64,000 bases of DNA from Schmidtea polychroa (taxonomy: Eukaryota), in contig CM097885.1 in NCBI GenBank assembly GCA_044892525.1, positions 1,614,001-1,678,000 on the forward strand, in the 5' to 3' direction. The translations under genes were made by a program, and so were the position numbers. Positions 63,432-64,000 of the stretch are shown piece after piece. Below the pieces are notes generated by a model that had not been told where the DNA came from, did no database searches, and saw nothing but the letters and a program-made list of their open reading frames with translations. Every line of letters begins with the position of its first letter. The first letter of the stretch is position 1.

Positions 63432-63641
63432 AGGTTTTCATCTATTAGTGTGACCTTGGCATTTAATAGTGTTTTATTTTAATTTCATTTTGTTATTTTA
63501 TCTCATAATTATTAATAATTTGGACTGACAAAGTCAAACGATTAATTGAAATATAATCAAGCTTTAATCAATATTTACGAATGTGTATAATGGACATCTA
63601 ACACTATCTAATGTCAAGGTCACACTAACCGATGGAAAACC
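63432..63641. mobile_element. Small degenerate MITE-like element with ~30-bp imperfect inverted ends
   Basis: GGTTTTCATCTATTAGTGTGACCTTGGCATT versus AATGTCAAGGTCACACTAACCGATGGAAAACC. Confidence 0.5.
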
Positions 63642-64000
63642 ACATAAATGAAAATTATAATGATATTCACGCGCCTTATATTGGTTACAACTGAACTTGC
63701 CGCACAAAATCCGAATACATAGGAAAGACAACATATAATTCCCATCCTAAGGTCTTTGTCACTGTCAACTGATGAGATTGATTAATATGTTTGTATTGTC
63801 GTATTTTGAATGCCATATGGTTTGGATAAAGATTTTGAGTAAACATTTGTGTAATTTACCTTGTAAAATTGTCTCGAAGTCGTGTTAATTGTACATTGCG
63901 TTTATCAGTGTTAGGATCATATTTCTCAATGTAAATGTCACGGTGCAATACCACATATATAAGAATGACTGGTTGTCATTTCGTGCTCAAGTTCTTCATC

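Overview
AT-rich eukaryotic (metazoan-type) genomic DNA with very short introns of about 40-60 bp. 1-12983 is the 3' part of an apparently intact Ty3/Gypsy LTR retroelement. Its single >3100-aa polyprotein is open from the window edge and reads: two ubiquitin-like domains, an AT-hook, a Bcl-2-like domain, an internal signal peptide plus a chuvirus/gB-like class III fusion glycoprotein placed UPSTREAM of PR-RT-RNaseH-IN, then a second signal peptide plus an FN3-like type I membrane protein ending in ENIYETEV. A second ORF with a degenerate ISG20/REX4-like DEDDh domain, a PPT and a 1077-bp 3' LTR abutting (AAT)n follow. Next come TE debris (integrase relic with a Merlin derivative, piggyBac relic), a 9-exon nicalin gene, a rearranged Penelope-like element with inverted pseudo-LTRs carrying a variant minimal hammerhead ribozyme, and a ~23.5-kb 13-bp satellite with higher-order duplications. 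The window ends with most of a novel PKC (delta/theta-like) gene on the minus strand. Its introns hold hAT, Chapaev3-like and MITE insertions, a RING-ligase pseudogene fragment and a Penelope-end palindrome. All domain calls are by-eye motif recognition; no searches were run.
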